Shown here one piece after another: positions 27,511-43,785 of a stretch of DNA of 64,000 nt. Made by a program: the position numbers and the translations under genes. The stretch spans positions 71,858,001-71,922,000 of the forward strand of contig OX597821.1 of assembly GCA_951406725.2 (NCBI GenBank), read 5' to 3'. The notes beneath the pieces were generated by a model, which was given only the letters and a program-made list of their open reading frames with translations, ran no database searches and was not told the origin of the DNA. This DNA is from Octopus vulgaris. Taxonomy: Eukaryota. Positions within the stretch are counted from its first letter, which is position 1. Every line of letters starts with the position of its first letter.

Positions 27511-27554
27511 CAACAGTTATTGCATGTTAATCTAATAATCAATGATTTTATCCT

Positions 27555-28625
27555 TAGATTTGGTCTTCTCAGAACTCAGGGACCTTAGGCTTCTTACAGT
27601 ATACAGGATGTCATTTCTGCAGATGGACAGCAAATGTCTCAGACCCAGTATCCTCCAATCTATCTTAGGTAGCAATACAGACTTGGTGCCGTGTGCGCCA
27701 ATTTTCACAAGAACAACTTTCGTCCTCGTGTTCCACAATCTCATCACTCGGGCGGGATCCTCATATTTCTCCCTTTTCTCAGCTTCCTTCGTATCTGTTC
27801 TAGCAAACGGGAATACAAAAATCAATTATACATTGCTTCCTCTATCGCTACATTCATATCTGGTTTCCATTCTTCATTCGTGTGGTTAATATATTTGAAG
27901 AAATCAAATAAAATCTTGTAGTTATCATACACCATGACGGCTCGAACTCCTGCTGTTTTTTTGTAACTTCAAATACTTTAGCTTGGTGAACATTCCAATG
28001 AACGTTTCCCAATTCAGTCATGCTTACACTTACACTCCTTACTGCACATTCTTAGAGCTTTGTGAATACTTCCATCTTCTTTTTCATACATTCTGCGTTT
28101 GCTGTCTGACTGAATTTTATCAATCTTAGATTCAGTTTCTGTCTCTCAGCCACAACCAACGCGCTTGCCTTGTAATATCCTCTTTTTCTTTCCTGTTCTT
28201 GCCCACTCGTCCTTCGTTCTATTCTTGAAATCTTTCACTGTTTCAATAATTTCTTCAATATTTCTAATCCATACTACACAACATAGATTTTATAGTGTCT
28301 CCTGCGTTTGACAAACTCCTGCTACCTTCCCTCCTTGTCAAATACAGCCTATTAATATTACTTTTACGGTGATGAGTGTTGTGCATTGTGAACAGCTTGT
28401 TCCTGTTATTTGAGTCCTGTAGTTCTGTATTTGTACACCTTCTAAAAAGGAGTAGGTTATATCTCAGCTCTAGCATAGCCTACCTATTGATTATCATGAT
28501 AATATTACCTCTCCAGCTAGTTGCTTAAGCAGCTTCCTAATCCTTCTCTAATACAGTTTGGGGACTTTTACTCTCATTTCCCTTTACCTTATCATCTTGC
28601 AGCATCTCTACGTACCTGTGTCCAT
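27555..28625 (-). mobile_element. Heavily decayed RLE-LINE (Dong-like)
   Basis: LFTMHNTHHRKSNINRLYLTRREGSRSL parallels MHHPKSDIERLYIQRIEGGRGL of the 23.4-kb ORF; KEAEKREKYEDPARVMRLWNTRTKVV..IGAHG. Confidence 0.7.
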
Positions 28626-28659
28626 TCTCTTTTAGTAGTCTAATGATATCAGCTTGTGA

Positions 28660-29050
28660 ATGTGGCGAGCTGGCAGAGACGTTAGCACGCCGAGCGAAAT
28701 GCGTAGCCGTATTTCATCTGCCGCTACGTTCTGAGTTCAAATTCTGCCGAGGTCAACTTTGCCTTTCATTCTTTCGGGGTCGATTAAATAAGTACCAGTT
28801 ACGCACTGGGGTCGATATAATCGACTTAATCCGTTTGTCTGTCCTTGTTTGTCCCTTTTGTGTTTAGCCCCTTGTGGGTAGTAAAGAAATAGATATTTCG
28901 TGTGTCTGAGTTCAAATTCCGCCGAAGTCGACTTCGCCTTTCATTCTTTAGGAGGTCGATAAATTAAGTATCAGTTATGTACTGGGGTCGATCTAATTGA
29001 CTAGCCCCCTCCTTAAAAATTTCCGGCGTTATGCCTAGAGTAGAAAAGAA
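28660..29050 (+). mobile_element. SINE family A, dimeric core, 14-bp TSD
   Basis: Two core units + CCTAGAGTAGAAAAGAAT tail; ATATCAGCTTGTGA 28646-28659 vs ATATCATCTTGTGA 29050-29063. Confidence 0.9.
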
Positions 29051-29987
29051 TATCATCTTGTGATACTTAATCCTATCGGATTTAATATTATATTTTTATC
29101 CACCCTACACTGCATACCAGAGCGAAAATGCAAGATAAAATATATAAGATATGGCGGCCTGGGAAGCAGAAATACAAAAGTCATCTTCAAGGGTCATCGG
29201 TAATGAGGTCAGTCCTTGAATCGTAGTCACTTGTTATAGCAAAATATAGGTAGGTTGTAACTTTCATTGCGAGTCACCATGGATATAAGAGGTCGTGACC
29301 CCGGATGACGAAAAGAAAAACAGTCTTAGTGAAATTCTCTGTAGAGTTTATTAAGCGAAAGGCTGGAAGGGTAAACGTGAAGAACCAGGTCTTATGCATG
29401 TGACAATAAAAACTATTGAATGGGCTCCTGCTAAGTAGACTTGAAGGAATCAAATGTCTGAGGTTGCTTACGTAAGGCAACACAGGGAACAACTGTGGAA
29501 TCGTGGGGGGGAAATCGTCTTATTCCCGTTGCCAGAAATAAAACCGAAAGATCAAATAACTCCCTGTCTTAGTCATAACAGGTGGAAACAATAGACATCA
29601 AGCGGAGCCTGAAAAGGATAAGCAGTATTTAAAAAAAGAAAAACCAAAATGACTCCATAAAAAGGGGCACTCATGCTATGGAGTGGACTTGCTCTCCGCT
29701 GCTGATAATTACAATTTCTATAAAAGAAAGCCTATCTCTACGGCGATACAATAAACGACGAGTAATGTAAGAGGATCGCTTAAAATCGACTAAAACCTCT
29801 CCTCAAACTGTCTGTCTGCCTTTGTACGCAATTTAGAAGAAAATATTGCTTATATTCTTAATATAAGCAATTATGTTTATATAAGTACAGAAAGGCAATT
29901 AAGAGCATTTTAGTTTGTGTGGGTGGTTTATTAGGCGAATGCGTTAGTTAAGTGTAGCTTGTGTACGTATGTGCGCTTATGTGTACC

Positions 29988-30061
<74 letters not shown>

Positions 30062-30417
30062 TGAGTGTGCGTGTAGCGATGCACGAGTTTCTTTCTGTCA
30101 AGAGTAAAATGTCCGGGTATTTATGTGACATCCGAGTTGTTTGTGTATTTGTGTGAGTAATGTCAGACGTCCAATGTCATGCGTTCTATGCGGTTTGTTT
30201 GTTTTGATTTGTCAGGGCATATGTGTGTTTGTACCTGCTTGAGTGCATGTGAGTGTGTGTGTGCGCGTGTGTGTGTGTGTGCGTGTGTCTGCGTGCATGT
30301 ATATGAGAATGCGTTCGCACACGCGCAGATGAACGAGTTTATTGGCGAGTGGACACTCGTATATTCGTATAGATGTGCTAGAAACATCATTTCAGAGATA
30401 AGAAAAAGTGTATGTGT

Positions 30418-30492
<75 letters not shown>

Positions 30493-30493
30493 A

Positions 30494-31042
<549 letters not shown>

Positions 31043-31057
31043 GAGACAGAGAGAGGC

Positions 31058-31088
<31 letters not shown>

Positions 31089-31212
31089 GACTGACAGACA
31101 GAAAGACAGACAAACAGCAGAGCAAACAGACAGACTAGCAGGCAGGTAAAGCAGGCAGGCTGACAGACAAAAAGGTAGGCTGGTAGATAGATTGATAGTT
31201 TTATATATGTAT

Positions 31213-31250
<38 letters not shown>

Positions 31251-31308
31251 TTGTAAAAAAGAAGTTTGAAAACGCCACTATATTAGATAAAATTTAATTT
31301 TCTTATGA

Positions 31309-31353
31309 ATTTTACATGTTTCGGTTCTTGAAAAAACGAACCTTATCAAAAAT
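31309..31353 (-). ncRNA. Minimal type-I hammerhead-like motif, U3:A8 core
   Basis: ATTT-TTGATAA-GGTTC-gttttttcaa-GAACC-GAAA-CATGT-A-AAAT. Confidence 0.7.
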
Positions 31354-32188
31354 ATTATAAAAAGTGCAATAGAAAAGTTCATAATCGTTTCTTACTGGTC
31401 TCAATAGAATCCATGTGGTGGTGTTTTGTCGGTAGTTGGTATAATCGCTATATTATAGTTGAGTGTAGTAAAGAAGTTCATCACTGTTTCTTGCTGGTAT
31501 CAAAAGGAACCGCTTTTTTGTTACCTTGTGTTCCAATGGTAGCAACAGTAGTGATTGTTGGTCGTAGTAGTAGTAACCTATGGCTGTCCTAGCAGCAGTT
31601 ACTGTTGGTCGTAATTTTGGCAACCTTGGTGGTGGTTGGGGTTGTAGCTGTTAAGCTGTGGCCGTGGCAGCAGCAGCAGTAGTAGAGGACTGTTGATCGT
31701 AGCAGCAATAGTGGTGGGTTCACTGGCACTGTTCACTGACATCACATAATTCCAAACCAATCAAAACCAAACTTCAACGAATACAAGGAAAAGACCCATA
31801 ACTGTATCCTGTAAGGAAACCAACCAAGCAGAACGACAAGCTTGACTACGGAAGAAAAACGTCATCAATTTTTTAACGAATCAAAATCAGATCTGCTCGC
31901 ATAAAAAAATTTATAAATTCATCTTTCCCTAAAACATACCACTGCAAGCGGGAGTGACTGTTTAAAGATCTGAGAAATTGTAATTCCCCCCCACCTCCAC
32001 CCTTTTTTTTTACTATTTTAATTCTCACACTGTGGCCGTAGCAGCAGCAGCAGAAGAGGACTGTTGATCGTAGCAGCAATAGTAGTGACCACGGTGGTTG
32101 TAGTAGTAGTGCTAGTGGAAGCAGTCGTAGTGGTCGTGGTGGTTGTGGTAGAATTTCATTTTCCTTTTCGGAAGACCAATGTTTTGTT

Positions 32189-32560
32189 TTAATATTCCTG
32201 GCCCAGGGTGTTCAAACTTGGTCTAAATTTTTTGATGAAATAAAGTTCTTTATTTTGGCGTTGGGTGAAGGTTACGCTGTCACTGAATTTGTAAAGTGGG
32301 TAAGTTGTAAATTTCGGATTTTCATTTGTAGCACATCTATCTATGTGTCCGCTGACCGGTTTTTTCCGGTATTCAGGGTTTCTAATTTGGGATTTATGCA
32401 CCGCCATCCTTTTACGTAAGCTATTTTTTTGTATGGCCTATATACTGCCTATTGCAGCCTGCGCATGTTAAGATGTAATTTACGTTTTCTGATGCACAAG
32501 GGAAGTTTGTTCTAATGGTGAACTGATTGCCTTGTTCTAGTATAAATTCTGAACCTTCTA
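32189..32560 (-). pseudogene. GIY-YIG endonuclease fragment (frameshifted)
   Basis: Y-x3-CxxC-x3-YIG-x-T, downstream R/H, terminal E...LN motif. Confidence 0.8.
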
Positions 32561-32599
32561 CCATACAATATAAGATATGTACTTATATAAAGATATATT

Positions 32600-32990
<391 letters not shown>

Positions 32991-33335
32991 GTAATTACGA
33001 GAAAAAGATTACATAGAATTTCCGAGTTTATTCTTTTGTTTACTTTTAGGAATTTCTAACAATTTCCAGTCACTGGTGATCCTCTGTAGCACTATTTTTA
33101 TCTTTTTTAAAAATCATCAGCATCACGTAGCCTCAAGTGAATAAATTAAATATTTTACAAAGCGAGACAGTTTATTAAAATTATGGGCGAAAGTAATTAC
33201 ATTTTCGAGGAAATCCACAAAATGTTTATTTATTATTTTTTTTTTTGCTTTCTAGATCGTTAGCAGTTTTGCTGAATGCATATGCATGTTTGTGTGTGAA
33301 AGCGTATGTGTGCGTGTGTGCGTGTATTCATACAT

Positions 33336-33383
<48 letters not shown>

Positions 33384-33950
33384 ATGTATGTATGTATGTA
33401 TGTATGTATGTATATTAGAAGGATTGGAGGTGATGTAAAGATATTATATATTAGAAAAATAAGATATTCAGAGATCTGGATGGTTGTACATGTACAAATA
33501 TTTATTAACATGTCATGTTTTTACAAATCACATATTTTCATTTACTCTAATAGATTCTTGGTATTATTCCAAAGGAATAAAATGGTGTAAAACAATGAAA
33601 TCTTCTCCTCGGGGAAATGAAGAAATAAAACTCGTCAATAAGACATTTTAACAGAATATGATGGAAATGTACAATGATGAACGTAACGCTATTAAGTTTT
33701 TTATTGAAAGGCGCTAGAGGATATGACGTCAAAGGTATTTCACCTGAGTTTAACTCCATTTATTTATTTACATATATTATACAAAATATTCCACATAAAC
33801 CCGAAGTTTCTACCTTTAAAAACAAAGTGTTACGTCCGTATTATTTGTGTGATTTTTTGCTGCTCTAGCAAATGTTTATCTATTTTTCTGTGTAAATTGT
33901 AAACAAAGGAAAAATACACACATCTATATATATATATATATATATATATA

Positions 33951-34750
33951 TTATGTTGTGTCTGGGGAGAGTCATTTTCTTTTAGTGCCTTATTATTTAA
34001 CACACTCACCGGTAAAATTTCCACTTATTTCCTATTTTATTATTTCCTAAAATTTTCGTTGCGTCTTGCAACCTTTTCAATAGTCTTGACTCTGTCCGTT
34101 ATTTACACTGCGTTCCCTTTTGTTTGTTTGTGCGCATGTGTGTGGGTCAGTGTGTGTGTGTGTGTGTGTGCCTATACATGCATACATGTACATATGTATG
34201 TGTGTGTGTGTTTGCATGTGTATGTCTGTATATATGTGTGTGTATGCATATGTATGTATGTATGTGTGTGCATCTGTATGTACGTAACCTGCATATCTAT
34301 AGGACGGATAGGTACATAGGTTACAAGAACAGACACATATGGAGACACGGATCCACACATATAAAGATGCACATCCATACATACAAACATGGTACATAGT
34401 TACATAACACACACACACAGATATGCACACACAAGGAGACAGAGGTGCATACATATACAAACACATGCTCACACACACATACATAGAAAATACAGAAACA
34501 TGGACACTGACCCACACACATGCGCACAAACAAACAAAAAGGAACGCAGTGTAAATAACGGACAGAGTCAAGACTATTGAAAAGGTTGCAAGACGCAACG
34601 AAAATTTTAGGAAACAAGTGGAAATTTTACCGGTGAGTGTGTTAAATAAAAAGGCACTAAAAGAAAATGACTCTCCCCAGACACAACAGAATATGCTTCA
34701 ACACACGAACTCACATAAAGAATCTTGCAAACCAAATCCAAAAACGAAAT
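33951..34750. mobile_element. Inverted-repeat PLE pseudo-LTR derivative between (TA)n tracts
   Basis: About 33955-34152 vs 34505-34687 inverted (one ~18-bp indel); homologous to 56035-56220. Confidence 0.75.
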
Positions 34751-34790
34751 ATATATATATATATAATGTATATATATATATATATATATA

Positions 34791-35452
<662 letters not shown>

Positions 35453-35484
35453 TACATCCTAAATTTGTAGAAGAATCTTTTGTT

Positions 35485-35560
35485 GCGGCAGTTTAGCTTA
35501 ATGGTAAAGCACTTGACGCGTAATTATGTGGATGTGAGTTCGAGTCTCATGGCTGGCCGC
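35485..35560 (+). pseudogene. tRNA-like pseudogene or SINE head
   Basis: TAGCTTAATGGTAAAGC D-arm/A-box, GTGAG-TTCGAGT-CTCAT T-arm; anticodon arm degenerate. Confidence 0.45.
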
Positions 35561-36091
35561 CGACAGATTTTTCTGCAAAATATGGATAGTTTATCCTGTT
35601 CATGCTATATTATTAGCATTATCCTGCGTTTGAGAATAAAAGTTTTTCCTTAATCTGTATCTTGCATAAATATATGTATTTATGTATATGTGTGTGTGTA
35701 TGTATGTATGTATGTATGTATGTATGTATGTATGCATGGACGCTCTTCATGTCATTGAAAATAGGGTTAAGCGCTGGCCCTTAAATGCTCCTTCAATACT
35801 TGGTTACGCGTTTATTTTGTTTGTTTAGCGCTGTGTCCTGCAGTTTACACAATTCATTATTAATACTTTTTACAAGAAAAGATAATCAACAAAATTTCAT
35901 CACGTGCCTCTTTATCCAAGCCGACCCCCATCATTTGACCCTTCAGCCTTCAAAGGAACAACAATCCACAGACCGGCACAAAAGGTCATGCATTGATGTA
36001 GCATAATTTAGATTTTAGACCCAGCCATTATGATGTCAGAATATACGTTATTACATCTCGTTGCTATGTTTTGTTTTTGTTTTCGTTGTTA

Positions 36092-36145
<54 letters not shown>

Positions 36146-36376
36146 ACGATGACGATGATGTTGACGTTGTTGCTACTGCTGTTGCTGGTGCTGGTGTTGT
36201 TGTTGTTTTTTTGTTGTTGTTCTTTTTTGTTTTGTTTTTTGTTCTAACAGAGATTCACTTTTGCAAATTGTTTGTTAACTAGATTTTTTTCTCCCTTGTT
36301 TTGATCCTTTCTTTGCAAAAATGTGTGTGTCTGTATGTGGGCCTACGGATAAATATACTTACACACACATCATACA

Positions 36377-36450
<74 letters not shown>

Positions 36451-36472
36451 GAGACAGACAGACAGACAGAGT

Positions 36473-36532
<60 letters not shown>

Positions 36533-36981
36533 TTGGAACAGAATTTTCACTGCATGTGCGTGTATTAGGTTAATGTGTGTCCATATGTGTGTGTTTGTGT
36601 GCTTGCTGTATAAGTAAGTGTATGTGTGAGCGTGTTTATACATTGTGTGTGTGTGTGTGTTGTGTGTACGTGTGTGTGTGTGTGTGTGTACGTGTGTGTG
36701 TGGGTGTGTGTGTGTGTGTGTGTATTAGCATCTCCCGTTCCCGTTTCTTCCAGTATATTAACTGTACAATGTCAGCGTGGCCTTTCTGATTCAGGAGGTT
36801 GGATATCGGAGCTTAGATAAACAAAAATTTGCTTTTCGAATTTCTGTAATTTCACTTCAGTTTCCTTTTGCGTCCCATCTCTCAAATCAAGTGTATGGGA
36901 ACACACAAACTCTCCAAACACAAAAACCCTCCAGACGAACACACATACACACACACACACGCACAGACACACACACACACG

Positions 36982-37022
<41 letters not shown>

Positions 37023-37449
37023 CACAACAACACACACAAACACGCACGCACACAGTGAAAAAAGAAATACAGTTTCCAGAAAGAACACGCAACACAACCT
37101 GGTTGTGCTTCTCGCTCGTCTGGGAATAAACCACGTAGGATTTGACTTGCAACTGCAAAATATATTTTAACGATTCCATTCGGTAAATATCCGTACGATC
37201 AAACCACCGACACTCAAAAGATTTATTAAGACAGTAGGATTAATTACTTCAACTAAAAGTATAACAGACTGACTGCTCGGTTTTAATAAAACAGCGACCA
37301 GCATCCACCACGTAACACATGTGGCACTCGAATATCATGTTCGTTTTGGCAACAGTGTACCTTCACACACACACATGCGCGCCTAAGGATATGGTGTGTG
37401 TGTGTGCGCGTTTGTTTATGTGCATTTACACACATCACACACATGTATG

Positions 37450-37533
<84 letters not shown>

Positions 37534-37572
37534 TACATACATACATGCTAAACTCAAAGAAGAATCATACAT

Positions 37573-37720
37573 ACGACGAGTTTCTTTCAGTTTCCGTCTA
37601 CCACATCCACTGAGAAGGCTCTGGTCAGTGCGAAGCTATAGTAAAAGAGACCACTTGCTCAAGGTACCGTGCACTGAGACTGAACCCAGAACCATGTGGT
37701 TCGGAAGCAAGCTTTTAAAC
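37573..37720 (-). mobile_element. SINE family B head fragment
   Basis: TTTCTTTCAGTTTCCGTCTACC..ACTTGCTCAAGGT..GAACCATGTGGTT is the reverse of family B. Confidence 0.7.
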
Positions 37721-37889
37721 ATATTAATCCTTGAAAGCTTTAACACTATTCAAGTTATCATACCTCACTCTGAAATTTTCAAAAGTAATAATTATCGAGT
37801 TTTGCCAACTTCTACAATCTTTCTTTTAGGTATGAATAAAAAAGAAATTCACAAAACCATTGAATTTAGTTTCCAAAATCTCTGCATGG

Positions 37890-38145
37890 TGCAGGTGTTG
37901 ATGCAAGGTTAAGAAGCTTGATTCAAAATTAGGTGGCTTTCGGTTTAGTTCCACCGCGCAGCTCCTTGGGTAAATGCTTTCTACTATAACCTTGACCAAA
38001 ACCAAAGTTTTGTCGCTGGCTTTGGCTGACAGAAAACTGCTTTAAACTACTTTAGAGTTCTCCAGGATCGATTTAATTGACTAAATGCTTTAAGGCGGTG
38101 CCCCAGCATGGTCGCAGTACAACGACTGGAACAAGCAAAGACAAG
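37890..38145 (+). mobile_element. Old SINE family B-related copy
   Basis: GGTTAAGAAGCTTG head, CTTTCTACTATAAC, tail AAGGCGGTGCCCCAGCATGGTCGCAG. Confidence 0.6.
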
Positions 38146-38516
38146 AAGATGGTTTTCTCTGATTGATTATATATTCTCCTAAATTATTAGTTTTAACTTC
38201 TATTCCTATCTTTACATTATCAAAGTGATAATATATTTTTATCTATATTATAAACTTTCACTTATATTATCAAAGGGAGGTAACAGGTTGCGATACTGCC
38301 TAAATATATTTCAGGGCATGAGGGAACGGAAGTGGATACGGCCATTTTAAATTACGCATTAAAATTGTGTGTAAGGGCTATGTCAATCGCGATTTTCTCT
38401 TTAAAGATTGCTACAGATTTCAATGTGTAAAACGAAGCTAAATGTTAGAGACCAGCAGAAACTAGTGAATACTCACACACACACACTTACACACGTATAC
38501 ATGTGTGTATATATGC

Positions 38517-38592
<76 letters not shown>

Positions 38593-38599
38593 TTATATG

Positions 38600-38636
<37 letters not shown>

Positions 38637-39075
38637 TAACACATGTATATCATATACATGTACGTATTTATGTATGTATATGTATGCGTAAGAAAGGTAA
38701 AGATGTATAATAAAGGGGCGAGAAAGATATATGGCTAACGGAAAAGATATCAGTTTAACCTGAGGATTTCTTGCAGATGACTTCCAATTCCATTTCACTG
38801 GCCATTTCTCTTTTATTACTCATAATTCTTCTCTCTTTTACTCATTTCCCCTTCTACCCTTTCATTCTGAGACCCTTGAGGATAGATTCGTAAAACATAT
38901 GTTTCTTGTAAACATTATATCATGTCGCATTTATATTTATTTAATTAACTTTAGTAACGGAGATAGCGTGTGACTGGGTAAGTTTCGAAGAAGTTTACTT
39001 CTTTTATATATACACACAAACACATATATATGTATATGTATATATATAAATATAGATATAGATATAGATATAGAT

Positions 39076-39118
<43 letters not shown>

Positions 39119-39276
39119 TAGATATACATACATACATATGCATATATATATATGTATATATATTTGTTTATATATATATTTATGCGTGTGTATGTATGCA
39201 TGTTTTCATATATATATATATATATGTATGTATATATATATGTATATATATGTATATATATATATATACATATATA

Positions 39277-39345
<69 letters not shown>

Positions 39346-41007
39346 CGTAAATGTGTGAAAGGACTGCGAATAATACGTTTGACTGTCTCTGTAGAAATGA
39401 TAAGAGGAGACCATTCGATTACTTTTGCCTAGATTTTAGTCCGAAATTGTATAACGTACATAACTGTAGAATCATCTCCATTATGCGTGTTTCAAGTATT
39501 TGGTTTTACGTTGTATTCCATGTGAATACATAATATTTAAATGGATTGTCAACTAAGGAAAATTATTACTCTTTCGATCTTCTTCTCTTTTCATGTGAAG
39601 CTGGTCTTGATTGCCATTTGATAATCAAGACACGTCCTCTAAAGCGGCGAGAAGGTAATTTTAATACATCGACAAAGTGTGTTGCAATGTATTTCATATA
39701 TCAGTATTCGTTTATGCAATTCAAATACTTGCCCCTGGCCAATCTGAGCTATTTCTCTTAACTCATTTTTTGCTTAAATTATGAAAATTTGACCATTAAT
39801 GTGTTCTGCACATTTTCTTATAACTCCTTTGGCTATTGGAGATCAGATGAGACAACTGCTGTGCTGATGACGGCTATTAAAACAGAAACTTGTGTAGACG
39901 AATGTCGTTTTATCTCTAGACAACAAACCTGTCTTTTTCTATAATAGCATATCAACTTTGCAGACTTTTGACTGTGGAGATTATCTCTCCTTCTCAAATG
40001 GAGGTACCCTTAATCGCCATTTGTTAATTGTGACACATCTCGAGGTTGAAATAATTTTGATAAATCAAAGATTTATGCTGTATGGTATTTTATAGACCTG
40101 TATCTGTTAAATATTTATTGTATCTATCTTATTCGTTTTTACACCTTTTCGGAAGCTTTAGATTGTTTGAAGATGTATCGTTATATTCACCCAAACATTA
40201 CCAATTTCATCAATGTCAACTGAATTTCTTTTCGATGCGGTTCTGAACAAATCGAAACATTAACTTCTAAGACTTCTCTATTTAATACAGAGTATTTGAC
40301 AAATCTTCCGCTTTCCGTCGTCAAGTATTTGACAAAATATTTGAAATTATAAAACAACACTAAAACATAACCGGATTATATTTATGTAGTGTACTAATTC
40401 TCTGTAAATTATCGGTCCTATTGAATTATTTAAACTACAGAAATAACTGGCGTGAAATATCATTTATCCATTCTTTAAGTGTCGAAATATAGAAGCAGAG
40501 TTCTCTGACCAAACCTACTTCAAAATAGTTTTAAGTGTATTGTTATTAAACGCCACGTTAGTCCTAGCGAATAACAGGACTATCATCAAGAACATTCCTG
40601 CTGTGGTCATCTCATCTTTTACGATTATGTAAGTATACTTGTTTCAATGGGCCTCTCCTTATACTAGATATGATTAGAGAGAGGTTTTGCGTCTATTTCT
40701 TGCAGATCAAATGCTAACGTAGAGGTTTCCTGCTTGATTTAAGGTTCAATCTGTACATCTTGCTCGGGTCCTGTTTTATTTATAGCCTTCGGTCACAGTA
40801 AATATATATACCAGTTCAGTGGAATCTGACAGAGTTATTCTTGTGTTCTGAAAAAAAGCGTTTATTAAGTAGAATCACTTGTGCCTTTATACAGCCAAAT
40901 ACTTCATTATTTCTGCTGACTAATCAAATATAGTCATTCTTTTATAGACATACGTACATAACACGCATCTATGCGTGCGTGTGTGTGTGTTTGTGTGTGT
41001 ACGCACA

Positions 41008-41052
<45 letters not shown>

Positions 41053-41066
41053 TAATATATTTCTAC

Positions 41067-41103
<37 letters not shown>

Positions 41104-41150
41104 CGGTTATGGATATATATATATATATATATAAATATATACATACATAG

Positions 41151-41189
<39 letters not shown>

Positions 41190-41193
41190 CATA

Positions 41194-41227
<34 letters not shown>

Positions 41228-42137
41228 CATATAGTATAATATATGTGTGTTTGTCTGTGTGCAGGCTTGCACGTATATACGCGTGTGTATATGTCTCTAC
41301 TGGAATGAATTGATTTCATCCCTTCTCGTATTTAATTAGTATGTCATGTGGGAGTACATTAGTGTATGTGTGACAATGTGCATATATGTATGCGTCCGTT
41401 TGTGTATGTAGAGGACACAAGCATGGTAACGAGTGGTAACGGAGTTCGCTTAGCTTCAGGTTGACTTAAGCCTTGTAAATAAAACTGAGGAGACGGAGAT
41501 GTGTGGAAGCCCTCGGATGGATTGCACTACTAATTCAAAGGTCCAGCCATGTCATGTATGTACCGTTGATCCGATATCAAAATTACGCTTAAGGTACACG
41601 TATATGTGGAATAATCAGGTATTTACACGCTTATTCAACGAGTAGGCAGGTGAAGTGATCAAATAACTGAATATTGTTAGCTGAAATTCTTCATTCCCTT
41701 TAGTCATGTGTGTGGGTGTGTTCGGGTGGGCGGTAAGAATTTCAACAAGTAGGATAGTACTCCATCTGTTGAGAGAGTAAATATATTATTACTATTATAA
41801 AACCCACGAAAAAACATTAAAAGCCTTGCGAAATAGCCCTCGTGTTATCTTTACCCGGTTGATAAATTGCGGAATAAATTCATGTTTCGGCCAGGAAAAT
41901 CTAGGTAGTTGCATTTCACAAGGTTTTTCGGATCTTTCTACATGATATATATATATATATAAAGATTAATTAAATATAGAGATATTCAATTTACAATCCA
42001 ATAATCTATTTATATTACAATATTACATTAAATACTATGAATATAATATATAACATAACATAATTATAAAAACCATAACAGGCCAACAAATCGTTTCGAC
42101 TTACATATTTTTTTCTAATATACATACTCACAGTTCC

Positions 42138-42174
<37 letters not shown>

Positions 42175-42183
42175 CCGATACAC

Positions 42184-42262
<79 letters not shown>

Positions 42263-42364
42263 GTATTTATGTATGTATGTATGCATATATATATGTATGT
42301 ATGTATATATGAATGTGTAATGTATGTACATATGTATGTATATATATGTGTATATATATATACA

Positions 42365-42545
42365 TATATATACATATGTACATACATTATACATTCATAT
42401 GTATGTGTGTGTATATATATACATACACATATATATATACATACATATGTACATACATTATACATTCATATGTATGTGTGTATATATATATACATACACA
42501 TATATATATACATACATATGTACATACATTATACATTCATATATA
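42365..42545. repeat. About 71-bp tandem repeat x2.5 built from TA/CA microsatellite
   Basis: CATATGTACATACATTATACATTCATAT recurs at about 42373, 42445 and 42515; an inverted version lies at about 42307-42333. Confidence 0.75.
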
Positions 42546-42596
42546 TACATATGTATATACATACATAGTTATACATATATATATATATGTATACAA

Positions 42597-42703
<107 letters not shown>

Positions 42704-43785
42704 CATACTTCAGGAATCTATATAAATATTTTTATTCAGTATCTTCGGAATTTGCTAAAACATCGAAAGAAGTATGTATGTATGTATGTATGTATGTATG
42801 TATGTATGTATGTATGTATGTATGTATGCATGTATGTATGTATGTATGTATGTATGTATGTATGTATGTATGTATGCATGTATGTATGTAATATATATAC
42901 ATAATTGTTAATTATCAATTATAATCATGAAATTTAAGAACCTTTTATAACACCAATTATGATTAATCTACTCTGAAACAAACTGTAAAATGAATCGCTT
43001 CTTTTCCTTCTTTCGAACGAATATATTTTATTCCGGAGATATTTTTATTTTGCATTTTTTTTTTCAACGAATTAGAACTCTCTGCAGCGAAAAATGTATT
43101 GCTTAAGAAATTTCTTGTTAAAGCTGATAAGAAAGATATGATCACACACATACACATCTCTCTATATATGTGTGCGTGAGTATATGTGTATATGTAAGCG
43201 TGTGTGTGTGTGTATGTGCATATATGTATATACATTGAAATATTTTGGTCTGTGAACATAGGAGAAAGTGGGAACTCAGCAAATTGCGTGGAGTATGACT
43301 GGGAGACTTTTGTTTTCACTCATTTCAAAGAATTACGATTTTTCCTGAAGATTTTGTTAACGGGAGGAACTTGAGTAGCTATGAAACAAATTCATGTCTC
43401 AATAAACTACACCCACATATATACACATGTACACACACATAACCCAACGCACACTCACAGACACATGTACATGCAACCATGTAGGTGTGTGTGTGTGTTT
43501 ATGTATATGTGTGTGTATATGCTATATATATGCGTGTATACGTTATATATGTGTGTGTATATGTTATATATGTGTGTATGTATATCCACACATATACACA
43601 TATGTACACACATAGATACACACACACGCAAACATACACACACGTACACAAACACACACTAACACACACACACATACATATACGATGTGCATTTCACAAG
43701 TTTTGAGACTTTTTAGGAGGAGTGGTCATAACTGTCCTAGGTTGTTGTAACTTTAGTTTCTCGTTACTACATATTTTGTAAGTAT

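Larger units (their letters stand above)
31251..32565 (-). mobile_element. 5'-truncated EN+ PLE (GIY-YIG with CxxC, Neptune/Naiad-like) ending in (TA)n
   Basis: Hand translation YILTCAGCNRQYIGHT...RMAVHKSQIR..VSGHIDRC..KELYFIKKFRPSLN; long 3' region with hammerhead at 31309-31353. Confidence 0.8.

Noticed and set aside
35485-35560. Functional tRNA gene
   Set aside because: Acceptor and anticodon stems pair poorly; kept only as a pseudogene/SINE head.
36720-37330. Unique-looking segments as host exons
   Set aside because: No recognisable protein similarity or convincing splice-bounded frame; cannot be excluded without RNA-seq.
39863-39900. CTGATGA..GAAAC on plus strand
   Set aside because: No stem II or III pairing.
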